A DNA stretch of 64,000 nt, from contig PAPB01000035.1 of the NCBI GenBank assembly GCA_002708715.1, positions 22,285 to 86,284 on the forward strand, written 5' to 3'. The notes beneath the pieces were generated by a model, which worked only from the letters and a program-made list of their open reading frames with translations, was not told the origin of the DNA and ran no database searches. Both the position numbers and the translations under genes were made by a program. The DNA comes from Fidelibacterota bacterium. Lineage in GTDB: Bacteria; Fidelibacterota; Marinisomatia; Marinisomatales; UBA1611. Below are positions 18,206-26,610 of the stretch, in pieces; the first letter of the stretch is position 1, and the number at the start of each line of letters is the position of its first letter.

Positions 18206-19489
18206 ATGAGCAAAAATTTTAAAAGTGTAATTACTTGTGACCTAGATGGAAAGGTAGAGACTTTCAGCGATGGTGCAGTGAATCTTTTTGGCTATAATGC
18301 TGAAGAAGTTATTGGTAAAATGCGAGTGAGTGATTTTAGTGATGGCCAGGTTGTGTTAGGTCATGTAATAGGTTGGTTGGATGAATCAGTTAAAAAAGGG
18401 AAATGGGAAGGAGAGACAGCATTTTTACGTAAGGATGGGAGTGAGTTTTCAGCTAGAATTAAAATTACTCCAACAAAAGATAAAAATGGTGAACATATTG
18501 GATATTGTGGTGTTACCACACCATTAAAAGATAAAACGCCCGATGAAGTAAGACCAAAAATAGATTTTATGACAAAAATATTTACATGGGTTGTAATTAT
18601 GCGGTTGCCGTTTTTATCTGCTACTATTATGCCAATTTTGGTTGGAGCTGCAGTGGCAAAATTTATGGGATATCCCGTAGACTGGTCTTGGCTTGGCCTT
18701 ACTTTGCTAGGTGGATCTCTGTTGCATATTGGGACTAATACATCTAATGATTATTTTGACTATTTGAGTGGGACAGATGATTTAAACTATAATTATAGTA
18801 ATAAAGGTTTAAATGGTGGAAGTAGGGGGATACAAATGGGGCTTATTACTCCTACAGGTGTGCGAAATTTAGCGATCACTGTTTTTACGTTAAGTGTGTT
18901 GGTAGGTATTCCACTTATACAAAAAGCAGGTATGTCTGTTTTATGGTTAGGATTAATAGGATTTTTATCTGGCTTATTTTATACAGCACCTCCATTTCGA
19001 TTTTCATCAAGGAAAGGAATGGGTGAATTGCTCATTGGACTTAATTTTGGTCCACTAATGGTGGCAGGTAGTACGTTGGTACAAACAGGTCAACTTCTAC
19101 CAGAAGCATTTTTAGCGGGTATCCCTCTGGGATTCCTAATTGCTGCTGTTGTATATGTTAATGAATTTCCAGATCATGATAGTGATAAAGCAACAGGAAA
19201 GAATACCCTTATAGTGGTATTTGGTCCTGAAAAAGCAAGAGTTGGCTATGTTGCATTAGTCTCAGGTGCTTTTCTTAGTATAGTCTTATTGGTCTTGAAT
19301 GGAACTTTTCCTTCTTTAATATTGATTGCGTTATTAGCTTCATATTTTGGGATAACATCTATTCAAACACTCTATAAATATTACAATAGTAGACTGCTTG
19401 AGCCAGCAAATTGGGGTACTATTATTATGCACAGCGTTACAGGTGTATTGCTTTTTATAGGACTTTGGCTAGGAAACTCCGCAATATAA
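18206..19489 (+). CDS. PAS domain fused to a UbiA-superfamily (MenA-like) polyprenyltransferase
   Basis: The N-terminal ~110 aa have a PAS pattern (DGKVETFSDGAVNLFGYNAEEVIGK...FLRKDGSEF...I..T). They are followed by ~8 TM helices with NDYFDYLSGTD and NEFPDHDSDKATGKNTL, the two Asp-rich prenyltransferase motifs. Confidence 0.75.
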   Translation: MSKNFKSVITCDLDGKVETFSDGAVNLFGYNAEEVIGKMRVSDFSDGQVVLGHVIGWLDESVKKGKWEGETAFLRKDGSEFSARIKITPTKDKNGEHIGYCGVTTPLKDKTPDEVRPKIDFMTKIFTWVVIMRLPFLSATIMPILVGAAVAKFMGYPVDWSWLGLTLLGGSLLHIGTNTSNDYFDYLSGTDDLNYNYSNKGLNGGSRGIQMGLITPTGVRNLAITVFTLSVLVGIPLIQKAGMSVLWLGLIGFLSGLFYTAPPFRFSSRKGMGELLIGLNFGPLMVAGSTLVQTGQLLPEAFLAGIPLGFLIAAVVYVNEFPDHDSDKATGKNTLIVVFGPEKARVGYVALVSGAFLSIVLLVLNGTFPSLILIALLASYFGITSIQTLYKYYNSRLLEPANWGTIIMHSVTGVLLFIGLWLGNSAI

Positions 19490-19510
19490 CAAATTCTTTA
19501 TTATGAATTA

Positions 19511-19536
19511 AAGCCCCTTTTTAGGGGCTTTTTTAT
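19511..19536 (+). terminator. Rho-independent terminator after the PAS-UbiA gene
   Basis: AAGCCCCT-TTTT-AGGGGCTT is followed by a T-run. Confidence 0.8.
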
Positions 19537-19565
19537 TTGTATAATATAAAATTCTTTTATAAAAT

Positions 19566-19587
19566 ACTTACGAGTAACTTACGAGTA
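19566..19587. promoter_or_regulatory. Tandem 11-bp direct repeat ACTTACGAGTA x2 within the larger dyad AATACT-N15-AGTATT; candidate SOS/LexA operator
   Basis: Read directly from the sequence. Each unit contains a (T/A)ACT-N4-AGTA dyad. It lies between a TATAAT hexamer (19540-19545) and lexA. Confidence 0.4.
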
Positions 19588-19757
19588 TTTATTTAATAGA
19601 GGGTTGTAATGAAATATATATTAAAAAAACAGGATAAAAAAAGAGTCTCTTCAGTAGTCTTACGTGCTATTGCTAGAATTAATGATTACGAGAATAGAAA
19701 AGCATATTGCTCAGTTGTTTGGAATGGAAAATCAATTAACCATTTTTCTATTACCTC

Positions 19758-20378
19758 GTGAATAAAAAGCTGTCACCAAAGTTGAAAAAATTCTTGGACT
19801 TTATACATCGATTTATATTGATTCATGATCAGTCTCCATCTTATGAAGAAATCATGCAAAGCTTAGGATTTGGATCATTGGGGACAGTTAACTGGTATGT
19901 AAAGACCCTAGAAGAACAGGGTTATTTATATCGTGTAAAAGGTCCTAACGGTAAGCGGGCACTCGCCTTAGCTCAAGAAGAGCTTTCCGCAACTACAACA
20001 GCCTGTTTACCGTTATTAGGGCTTATCGCTGCGGGTGAGCCTATTGAAGCGTTAGAGAATCCTGAGATGGTGGACGTTCCATCATCTTTATTGCATCCAG
20101 ATAATTATGTGCTACAGGTTAAAGGTAATTCTATGATTGATGAAAATATACATGATGGAGATTATATCGTTGCTAGAAAAGCAAAAACTGCACGTTCAGG
20201 ACAGATTGTTGTTGCTCTTGTTAATGGTGAAGCTACATTAAAATGTTATGTCCCTAAAAAAAATAAAGTTGAATTACATCCTCGGAATTCAACTTTTCCA
20301 GTTATAAAAATCGATTCGCATGATGATTTTCATATAAATGGTGTTTTACTTTATTCCTTTCGGAACTATTTGAATTAG
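19758..20378 (+). CDS. lexA: LexA repressor (S24 peptidase)
   Basis: It has a GTG start and an N-terminal wHTH (LDFIHRFI...SPSYEEIMQSLGF.S.GTV..YVKTLEEQGYL). It also has an Ala-Gly cleavage site (LIAAGEPIEA), the catalytic Ser (GNSM) and Lys (ATLK). Confidence 0.9.
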   Translation: MNKKLSPKLKKFLDFIHRFILIHDQSPSYEEIMQSLGFGSLGTVNWYVKTLEEQGYLYRVKGPNGKRALALAQEELSATTTACLPLLGLIAAGEPIEALENPEMVDVPSSLLHPDNYVLQVKGNSMIDENIHDGDYIVARKAKTARSGQIVVALVNGEATLKCYVPKKNKVELHPRNSTFPVIKIDSHDDFHINGVLLYSFRNYLN

Positions 20379-20389
20379 GAATAATACCC

Positions 20390-21562
20390 ATGATTAATAA
20401 AGACGTTTTTCACATACGTCTTAATAATATGGTGTTACAAGCTGAACAAATTATGGACCCTAGTCTTAAAACATGTTCTGTGGCTATTATTTCTTCAGAA
20501 GATCCTAATGGGAGTGTTATTGCATTATCTTCTGAAGCTAAAGAAGAAGGGATTTTTCATGGAATGAAGGTTTCTTTAGTTAGAAAAATGAGTCATAATA
20601 CGATACTGTTACCATATAATAAATCTCTTTATAATAGTATTAATAATCACATATATAATATTTTATCTAGATATACACCTATTATTGAACCAAATGGTAT
20701 TGGAAATTATTTTTTAGATATGTGTGGTATGGATGCTCTTAAAGGCAATATGGAGAACACAGGACTTTCTATTATTAAACATATTCAAAGTCAAACAAAT
20801 CTATCAGGAATAGTTGGGATTAGTATTAATAAACTGGTTAGTAAAGTTATTACTGATGTTGTGTCTGATATGATTCATAAGGTTGATAATGGAGATGAAA
20901 AAAAATTTCTTTCACCTTTAAAACCACAGGTGTTACCAATTGTACAAGAGAGAATGGTTAATCGAATGCTGAAATTCCTTTTTATTAAACAGATTAAAAA
21001 TATTCAAGAGATGTCAAAACAAGTTAAAGAATTCCAGATATTATTTGGATCTTATGCTACATTACTTGTTAAGCAATCAAATGGCTCTGATCAATCACCT
21101 GTGATGCCACCATATTATTTAGATCATATTGTAGAGCAAACAATTTTACCAAAGGATACAAATGATAAAAATATATTATTAGCGATAGTAAAAGATCTCG
21201 CTGAAAAAGTTGCATTTAAACTTAGAAAACGAAAGCAAAATTCAGGTAGAGTACAATTAGAAATTCACTATAGTGATGGATACAAATGTTTTTCTTTAGG
21301 GAAGATTGATGATATTGATGATTATTCTGTAATTATTATTTTTAAAAAATTATTTTTTTGTGCAAACAAACGTCGTAATCGTATACGTACTATATTAGTA
21401 AACCTTTGCAGATTCTCTCCTTATGTAGAGCAGATCAACCTCTTTGATACATATCAGAATCGTAGTTTGGATCTTTCTCGTTCTTTAGAAAAAATACGAT
21501 TGAAGTATGGTGTACGTAGTGTACAAACTGCTAATATATTGCAGGCTCTAGGTTGTACCTGA
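20390..21562 (+). CDS. imuB: ImuB-like inactive Y-family DNA polymerase paralogue
   Basis: It is collinear with the DinB/UmuC fold, but the N-terminal catalytic DxD block reads HIRLNNM (acidic residues replaced). It sits between lexA and dnaE2. Confidence 0.7.
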   Translation: MINKDVFHIRLNNMVLQAEQIMDPSLKTCSVAIISSEDPNGSVIALSSEAKEEGIFHGMKVSLVRKMSHNTILLPYNKSLYNSINNHIYNILSRYTPIIEPNGIGNYFLDMCGMDALKGNMENTGLSIIKHIQSQTNLSGIVGISINKLVSKVITDVVSDMIHKVDNGDEKKFLSPLKPQVLPIVQERMVNRMLKFLFIKQIKNIQEMSKQVKEFQILFGSYATLLVKQSNGSDQSPVMPPYYLDHIVEQTILPKDTNDKNILLAIVKDLAEKVAFKLRKRKQNSGRVQLEIHYSDGYKCFSLGKIDDIDDYSVIIIFKKLFFCANKRRNRIRTILVNLCRFSPYVEQINLFDTYQNRSLDLSRSLEKIRLKYGVRSVQTANILQALGCT

Positions 21563-24500
21563 TGTTTATTCATTTAAACATACATTCTGTTTATTCCTCA
21601 ATGTGTGGACTTTTATCATTATCAGATCTAATGGATAAAGCAAAATCCTGTTCTATGGATACATTAGGATTAACTGATGTGAATGGACTATGGGGTTTTA
21701 TTCGTTTTGTACAACATTGTCGTCAATCTGATATTAAACCGATTGCTGGGGTTAATTTGATAACAGATCATGATGAGGTTATACTATTAGTAGAGAATCA
21801 GAATGGGTATGAAAATCTTTGTAGAATTATATCCACGATACATGATAATTCAGACCAAAAGATATCGGATGTATTAGAAGGATATTCATCTGGGTTATTT
21901 GTTATAGCGTTTGATAAAAAAACACTACAGTTATTACATCGTTTTATTCCAGATACACATCTTTTTGTAGAGCTACGACCAGGATTCTCAGAGTTGCAAA
22001 TACAACAATTAGCAAGGGATTTGAAATTAGAAATCGTTGTAACTGGTGATGTATATTTTGCATCAGAGAGAGATTATAGATCATACATAGTTTTGCGTGC
22101 TATAGATAATAGTGTAACATTGGATCAGTTAGATTTATCAAAACAGAAAACAAAACAACATTGGTTTCGTAATGAGAGAGAGATGGTGCATTTATTCCCA
22201 AATAGTTTAGATGCAATTAATAATACTCGATACTTAGCTGATCGTTGTAAGACTGATTGGTCATTTATTAATACTATTTTTCCAGGATTATCACTTAAAG
22301 AAACTTACCATGCGAATAGAGAATTAAAAGATAAAGTTTACATAGGTGCTAAGAAGCGTTATAATGATATAAATAGCAATGTGCGGAATCGTATTAATTA
22401 TGAATTACAACTTATTACTCAAAAAGGTTTTGCACCTTATTTTCTTATTGTTCAAGATATTATTACTAAGACGCAGGCTACTATTGGACGAGGGTCTGCA
22501 GCCGCATCAATTGTGAGTTATTGTCTTTTTATTACTCAGGTGGATCCTTTACGTTATAATTTACAATTTGAACGTTTTATCCATTCAGAGAGAGAAAATA
22601 TGCCAGATATTGATGTGGATTTTCCCTGGGATGAACGTGACAGTATTTTAGAGTATGTATTTAAAAAATATGGTAATGAACGTACGGCGATGGTTTCTAA
22701 TCAGGTTATTTTAAAAACTCGTTCAGCTATTCGAGAGGTAGCGAAAGTATATGGATTGTCAAATGAAGAAATTAAAAGTATTACAAATCGTATTGGTTGG
22801 TATCATTCATCTAAAGATTTAGAACATTGGATACGGACAGATTCCCGGTTTGCTAATCTTGATTTAAATGATACTATAATTCGTATTTTAAAAGAAAGTG
22901 AGAAAATCATAGGAGCCTTTCGTTATTCTTCAGTTCATCCTGGTGGAGTGCTAATTGTACCAGATGAGATTAGAAAATATGTACCTGTCCTTACAGCACC
23001 GAAAGGTGTTCAAATTGTAGAATGGGAGAAGGATCAGGTAGAAGATTCTGGACTTTTAAAAATTGATTTATTAGGTAATAGGAGCCTAGCTGTAGTTCGT
23101 GATACTATTTCTTCTATAAATATTCATAGAGAAGAGTTTGATAATAAATATTTAGACTATCATCAAATCCAACCTATCGGTGATAAAAAAACAGAGGACT
23201 TATTGAAAATAGGTAAGACGATGGGGGTCTTTTATATAGAGAGCCCTGCCACTAGACAATTACTTGCTAAGTCGGGAATAGTAGACTTTGAACATGTAGT
23301 CATCTATTCATCAATTATTCGCCCTGCCGCTAATAAATATACGAATCTAATGTTGTCTAGAATACATGGTGAAAAATGGAATTTAATTCATCCAGATTTA
23401 GAGTTTTTAAAAGAAAGTTATGGGATTATGGTGTATGAAGAACATGTCTCTATGGCGGTAATGACTATGGCGGGGTTGGGATATGCAGAAGCAGAACAAT
23501 TAAGAAAAACGATGAGTCGAAATTCTATGCAACATTTTATTATATCATGGAAACAAAAATTTATTGGAGGTGCACAAAAAAGAGGATATCCTTTAAAAAT
23601 AATCAATACTGTTTGGGAAATGATTGAATCTTTTGTTGGTTATTCTTTCTGTAAGCCTCATTCTGCATCTTATGCTATGCTTTCTTTTACTTGTGCATAT
23701 CTCAAGGCTCATTTTCCAGCTGAGTTTTTATCATCTGTTATATCTAATCAAGGTGGTTTTTATTCATCATATGCTTATATGAATGAAGCACGTAGATTGA
23801 AAATCAAGATACTTACTCCAGATATAAACGATAGTAATTATCATTGGCATGGACAATCTGATAAAATTCGAATGGGTTTTATGAGTATTAGAAATTTAAA
23901 ATATAAAACAATTAGTCTAATTTTATCTAAAAGAAAAAATGGTTATTTTGATTCTCTAGATGATTTTTTATTTCGTGTTGATTTAGACTTTTCTGATGCT
24001 ATGGCGTTAACTAATGCTGGTTGTTTTAGATCTATAACTTTAAATATGAGTCACCAAGAGATTGCATATAATGTAGCAGGATTTTATTTGCAGAATGGAT
24101 CACGAAAAACATTTGGACCAAGTCTATTAAAAAGACACCTGACACTAGATGAAAAATATCAATTAGAATTAGATACGTTTGGCTTCCCTATTACTATTCA
24201 TCCTACTGCAAGATATCGGCCAATGCTTAGTAAGAGGATTTGTTATGCAAAGGATATCCCAAAATATCAAGGTCAGTCTATTTATTTAATAGGTATTTAT
24301 ATAACAAGAAAAGAATCTACAACACGTATGTCTGAACCTATGGAATTTTTAACATTAGAAGATGAGACCGATATCTATGAGTGTGTTCTCTTCCCTACTG
24401 TTTTTAAAGATTTTGGTGATCTGGTACACTGGGAAAGATTATTTATTATAAGAGGAAAAGTAGAAGAATCTTTTGGTGTTTGTAGTATTAATGTTGAAAA

Positions 24501-24573
24501 AATAGGCAGTTTACAGCAATGGATAAACCGTATAAAGCAGCATAAATCAGTATCTACATATCATTTTGATTAG
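21562..24573 (+). CDS. dnaE2: Error-prone DNA polymerase III alpha-subunit paralogue DnaE2 (ImuC)
   Basis: It has a PHP domain (FIHLNIHSVYS), the Pol III alpha core blocks (GRGSAAAS, PDIDVDF, HPGG, KID.LG) and an OB fold at the C-terminus. The preferred start is the ATG at 21562, overlapping the imuB stop (TGATG). The ORF track starts at 21553. Confidence 0.85.
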   Translation: MFIHLNIHSVYSSMCGLLSLSDLMDKAKSCSMDTLGLTDVNGLWGFIRFVQHCRQSDIKPIAGVNLITDHDEVILLVENQNGYENLCRIISTIHDNSDQKISDVLEGYSSGLFVIAFDKKTLQLLHRFIPDTHLFVELRPGFSELQIQQLARDLKLEIVVTGDVYFASERDYRSYIVLRAIDNSVTLDQLDLSKQKTKQHWFRNEREMVHLFPNSLDAINNTRYLADRCKTDWSFINTIFPGLSLKETYHANRELKDKVYIGAKKRYNDINSNVRNRINYELQLITQKGFAPYFLIVQDIITKTQATIGRGSAAASIVSYCLFITQVDPLRYNLQFERFIHSERENMPDIDVDFPWDERDSILEYVFKKYGNERTAMVSNQVILKTRSAIREVAKVYGLSNEEIKSITNRIGWYHSSKDLEHWIRTDSRFANLDLNDTIIRILKESEKIIGAFRYSSVHPGGVLIVPDEIRKYVPVLTAPKGVQIVEWEKDQVEDSGLLKIDLLGNRSLAVVRDTISSINIHREEFDNKYLDYHQIQPIGDKKTEDLLKIGKTMGVFYIESPATRQLLAKSGIVDFEHVVIYSSIIRPAANKYTNLMLSRIHGEKWNLIHPDLEFLKESYGIMVYEEHVSMAVMTMAGLGYAEAEQLRKTMSRNSMQHFIISWKQKFIGGAQKRGYPLKIINTVWEMIESFVGYSFCKPHSASYAMLSFTCAYLKAHFPAEFLSSVISNQGGFYSSYAYMNEARRLKIKILTPDINDSNYHWHGQSDKIRMGFMSIRNLKYKTISLILSKRKNGYFDSLDDFLFRVDLDFSDAMALTNAGCFRSITLNMSHQEIAYNVAGFYLQNGSRKTFGPSLLKRHLTLDEKYQLELDTFGFPITIHPTARYRPMLSKRICYAKDIPKYQGQSIYLIGIYITRKESTTRMSEPMEFLTLEDETDIYECVLFPTVFKDFGDLVHWERLFIIRGKVEESFGVCSINVEKIGSLQQWINRIKQHKSVSTYHFD

Positions 24574-24583
24574 ATATGCGCAT

Positions 24584-25642
24584 TTATTTTGCTAAAGTAA
24601 TTCTTTGTAAATCAAAAGAATAATCATTGTAGGGCTCAAATGAATCATCATCTCCAGGTATATTAACAAGTATATATAAATACTCTTCATTTGTATCTAA
24701 AGCGATACCACGAGCAGTAAGGTTGCCAGCAGAAAGGTAATAATTATTTTCTAATTTTGTTTCTTGAGAAAATTCGATAATAAATACACCCATTTCGTCA
24801 GCATCAGTTGGTGCAGTAAAAATTCTTTCTCCATTCTGAGATGTTGCGGCGGCTAATCCTGCGGATTTTATTTGATATTTACCTGCAAATGTCATATCGT
24901 TTCCATAATATGAATAGATATGTTGTACATCTGTTGTATTATTTTTATCGCTTATACATGTGAAAATAATTCCTTTTTGATGGTTATATATAAGGTGATG
25001 TACATTACCTACAAAACCATATGGATCTGATATATTAAAATCCTGATAAAACCTATCATTATCCCAGTTATATTTTTTTATAGATGAAGATGTTGCTACG
25101 TAAAGGGTTTTGTTTTCTTTATTAATAGCGAATTCTCCATTAAGTACTGATTGAGATGTTTCTTGACCAGAGATTATGTTGAGAGTAATACAAGAGGGAT
25201 CAGTTTTTGAAGAAATAATAAGAATAGAATCATTTACAAATATTATATCATTCATGTTCATTAGTGAGACAGCAAATGATGTGTCTACATTCATGGTCTC
25301 AGTATTAATTAATTGAATTGTTGACTCTCCTTCGTGAGCAACAGCCAGAATTGAATTATTAAGACTAATATCTATTGCAATGGGGTGAGAACCAACAATC
25401 GTAGTTTGTTGAAGAGATAAAGAATTTTGAGTGTTAATTTTTAATATAGCATTATTATTATAGTCAGATAGATAAATTGAGTTATTATTTGTAGAGATGA
25501 TCATATCTGAAAAACTTTTGCCTAATTCTAAAATTTCAAAATCTGAATATTGAAAAAATATTTCGGGCGTTTCTTCATCTTGGTATATAGAACAACCGAG
25601 TAGAAAAAGTAAGGTTAATATATAAATAAGCTTTTTTATCAT
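24584..25642 (-). CDS. Lipoprotein, probable 6-7-bladed beta-propeller (YVTN/YncE-like repeats)
   Basis: It has a lipobox (LLGC) and recurring ~45-aa units ending in patterns such as SIYLSDYNNNAILKIN, ILAVAHEGESTIQLIN, TLYVATSSSIKKYN and YLYILVN. It overlaps the upstream gene by ATGA. Confidence 0.4.
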   Translation of the reverse strand: MIKKLIYILTLLFLLGCSIYQDEETPEIFFQYSDFEILELGKSFSDMIISTNNNSIYLSDYNNNAILKINTQNSLSLQQTTIVGSHPIAIDISLNNSILAVAHEGESTIQLINTETMNVDTSFAVSLMNMNDIIFVNDSILIISSKTDPSCITLNIISGQETSQSVLNGEFAINKENKTLYVATSSSIKKYNWDNDRFYQDFNISDPYGFVGNVHHLIYNHQKGIIFTCISDKNNTTDVQHIYSYYGNDMTFAGKYQIKSAGLAAATSQNGERIFTAPTDADEMGVFIIEFSQETKLENNYYLSAGNLTARGIALDTNEEYLYILVNIPGDDDSFEPYNDYSFDLQRITLAK

Positions 25643-26610
25643 GATTCAAATCTAAAAAGTGATCCAAATTGTATAATAAAGGGAGAGATAAGTTGACTTT
25701 CATTTAATTTTTGATAAATAGGAATCTGTAATGTCATCTCAAAATCTAAATTATCGGTAGCTTTTGTTCCAATTTTACCTGTCATAAAATAATTTTCACC
25801 ACCTCTATCTCTAGAAATTTTTCCATATTCATAATAATCGCGGGTAGATAGTAGATGACTAAATTGAATACCGCCATAGATAAGAGGATTCTCAATGTAA
25901 TCTAGATTAATGAGAGTTTGAATTTCATTACCATATTGATATCCATATATATTTTCTCCATTAGAAATTCTTGTAAATATTCCTCCTGATAAAATAAAAC
26001 GTTTGATATCTCTATTACTATATATTGAAAATATTGGATCAATTGTTCCAGTTCCTACTTGTAAGTTATCACTTATCCTATCACCAAATTCATCAGTCAT
26101 ATTAATTTTACCATTACTTAATTTTAAACCGATACCAAAAACAATAGGGGTTTCATTAAGAAAAGATTTTTGTACTCTAGCTTGTAGTAAAACATCTCCT
26201 AAACCATAGGATTCCCTAAAATATTTTCCACCATTGTACATATGTTGATTCTGGCCTCTAAATAATATTTTTTGATTTAGTATATAACGAAAAGGAAAAA
26301 ATGCGCTTATGGTAAAATGATCTGTAATTCCATAGGATGTAATAATGGTTAGGCTGCTATTATCCGTTCTTTCTTTATTGTAGTTAGGAATAGATCTATT
26401 TTCATATTGCGCTCTATCAAGTTGTTCATGCTCATAGGAGATACCAAAAGAAAACTGTCCATTTTGAGAGTCATTATATTCTAATAAACTTCCACCTGGA
26501 AGCAGTGGTCTTCTTCAGCTAATACCACCCTGTGCGAATGCATTATTAAGCTGAAATAAAAGGTATAAGCTTATAGTAAAAGGTTTTATGTTTTTTAAAT
26601 CTTTTATCAT
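25639..26610 (-). CDS. Outer-membrane beta-barrel protein interrupted by one in-frame TGA (26517-26515): recoding, pseudogene or sequence error
   Basis: My hand translation of the apparently empty stretch 26242-26610 is continuous with ORF 25639..26241. It gives MIKDLKNIKPFTISLYLLFQLNNAFA-QGGIS-TGA-RRPLLPGGSLLEYNDSQNGQFSFGISYEHE... (signal peptide, then alternating beta-strand pattern). The ATG at 26610 overlaps the amylase stop (ATGA). Confidence 0.5.

Noticed and set aside
19609-19761. A 50-codon ORF upstream of lexA, considered as a real gene feature.
   Set aside because: It has no recognisable motif or SD, it is short, and it is AT-rich. I kept it only as a remark within the SOS-operator finding and did not call it as a CDS.
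26242-26606. The apparent 365-bp intergenic gap downstream of the amylase gene, considered as a regulatory or ncRNA region.
   Set aside because: Hand translation shows it is the 5' part of the barrel gene, continuous with ORF 25639..26241 except for one TGA.
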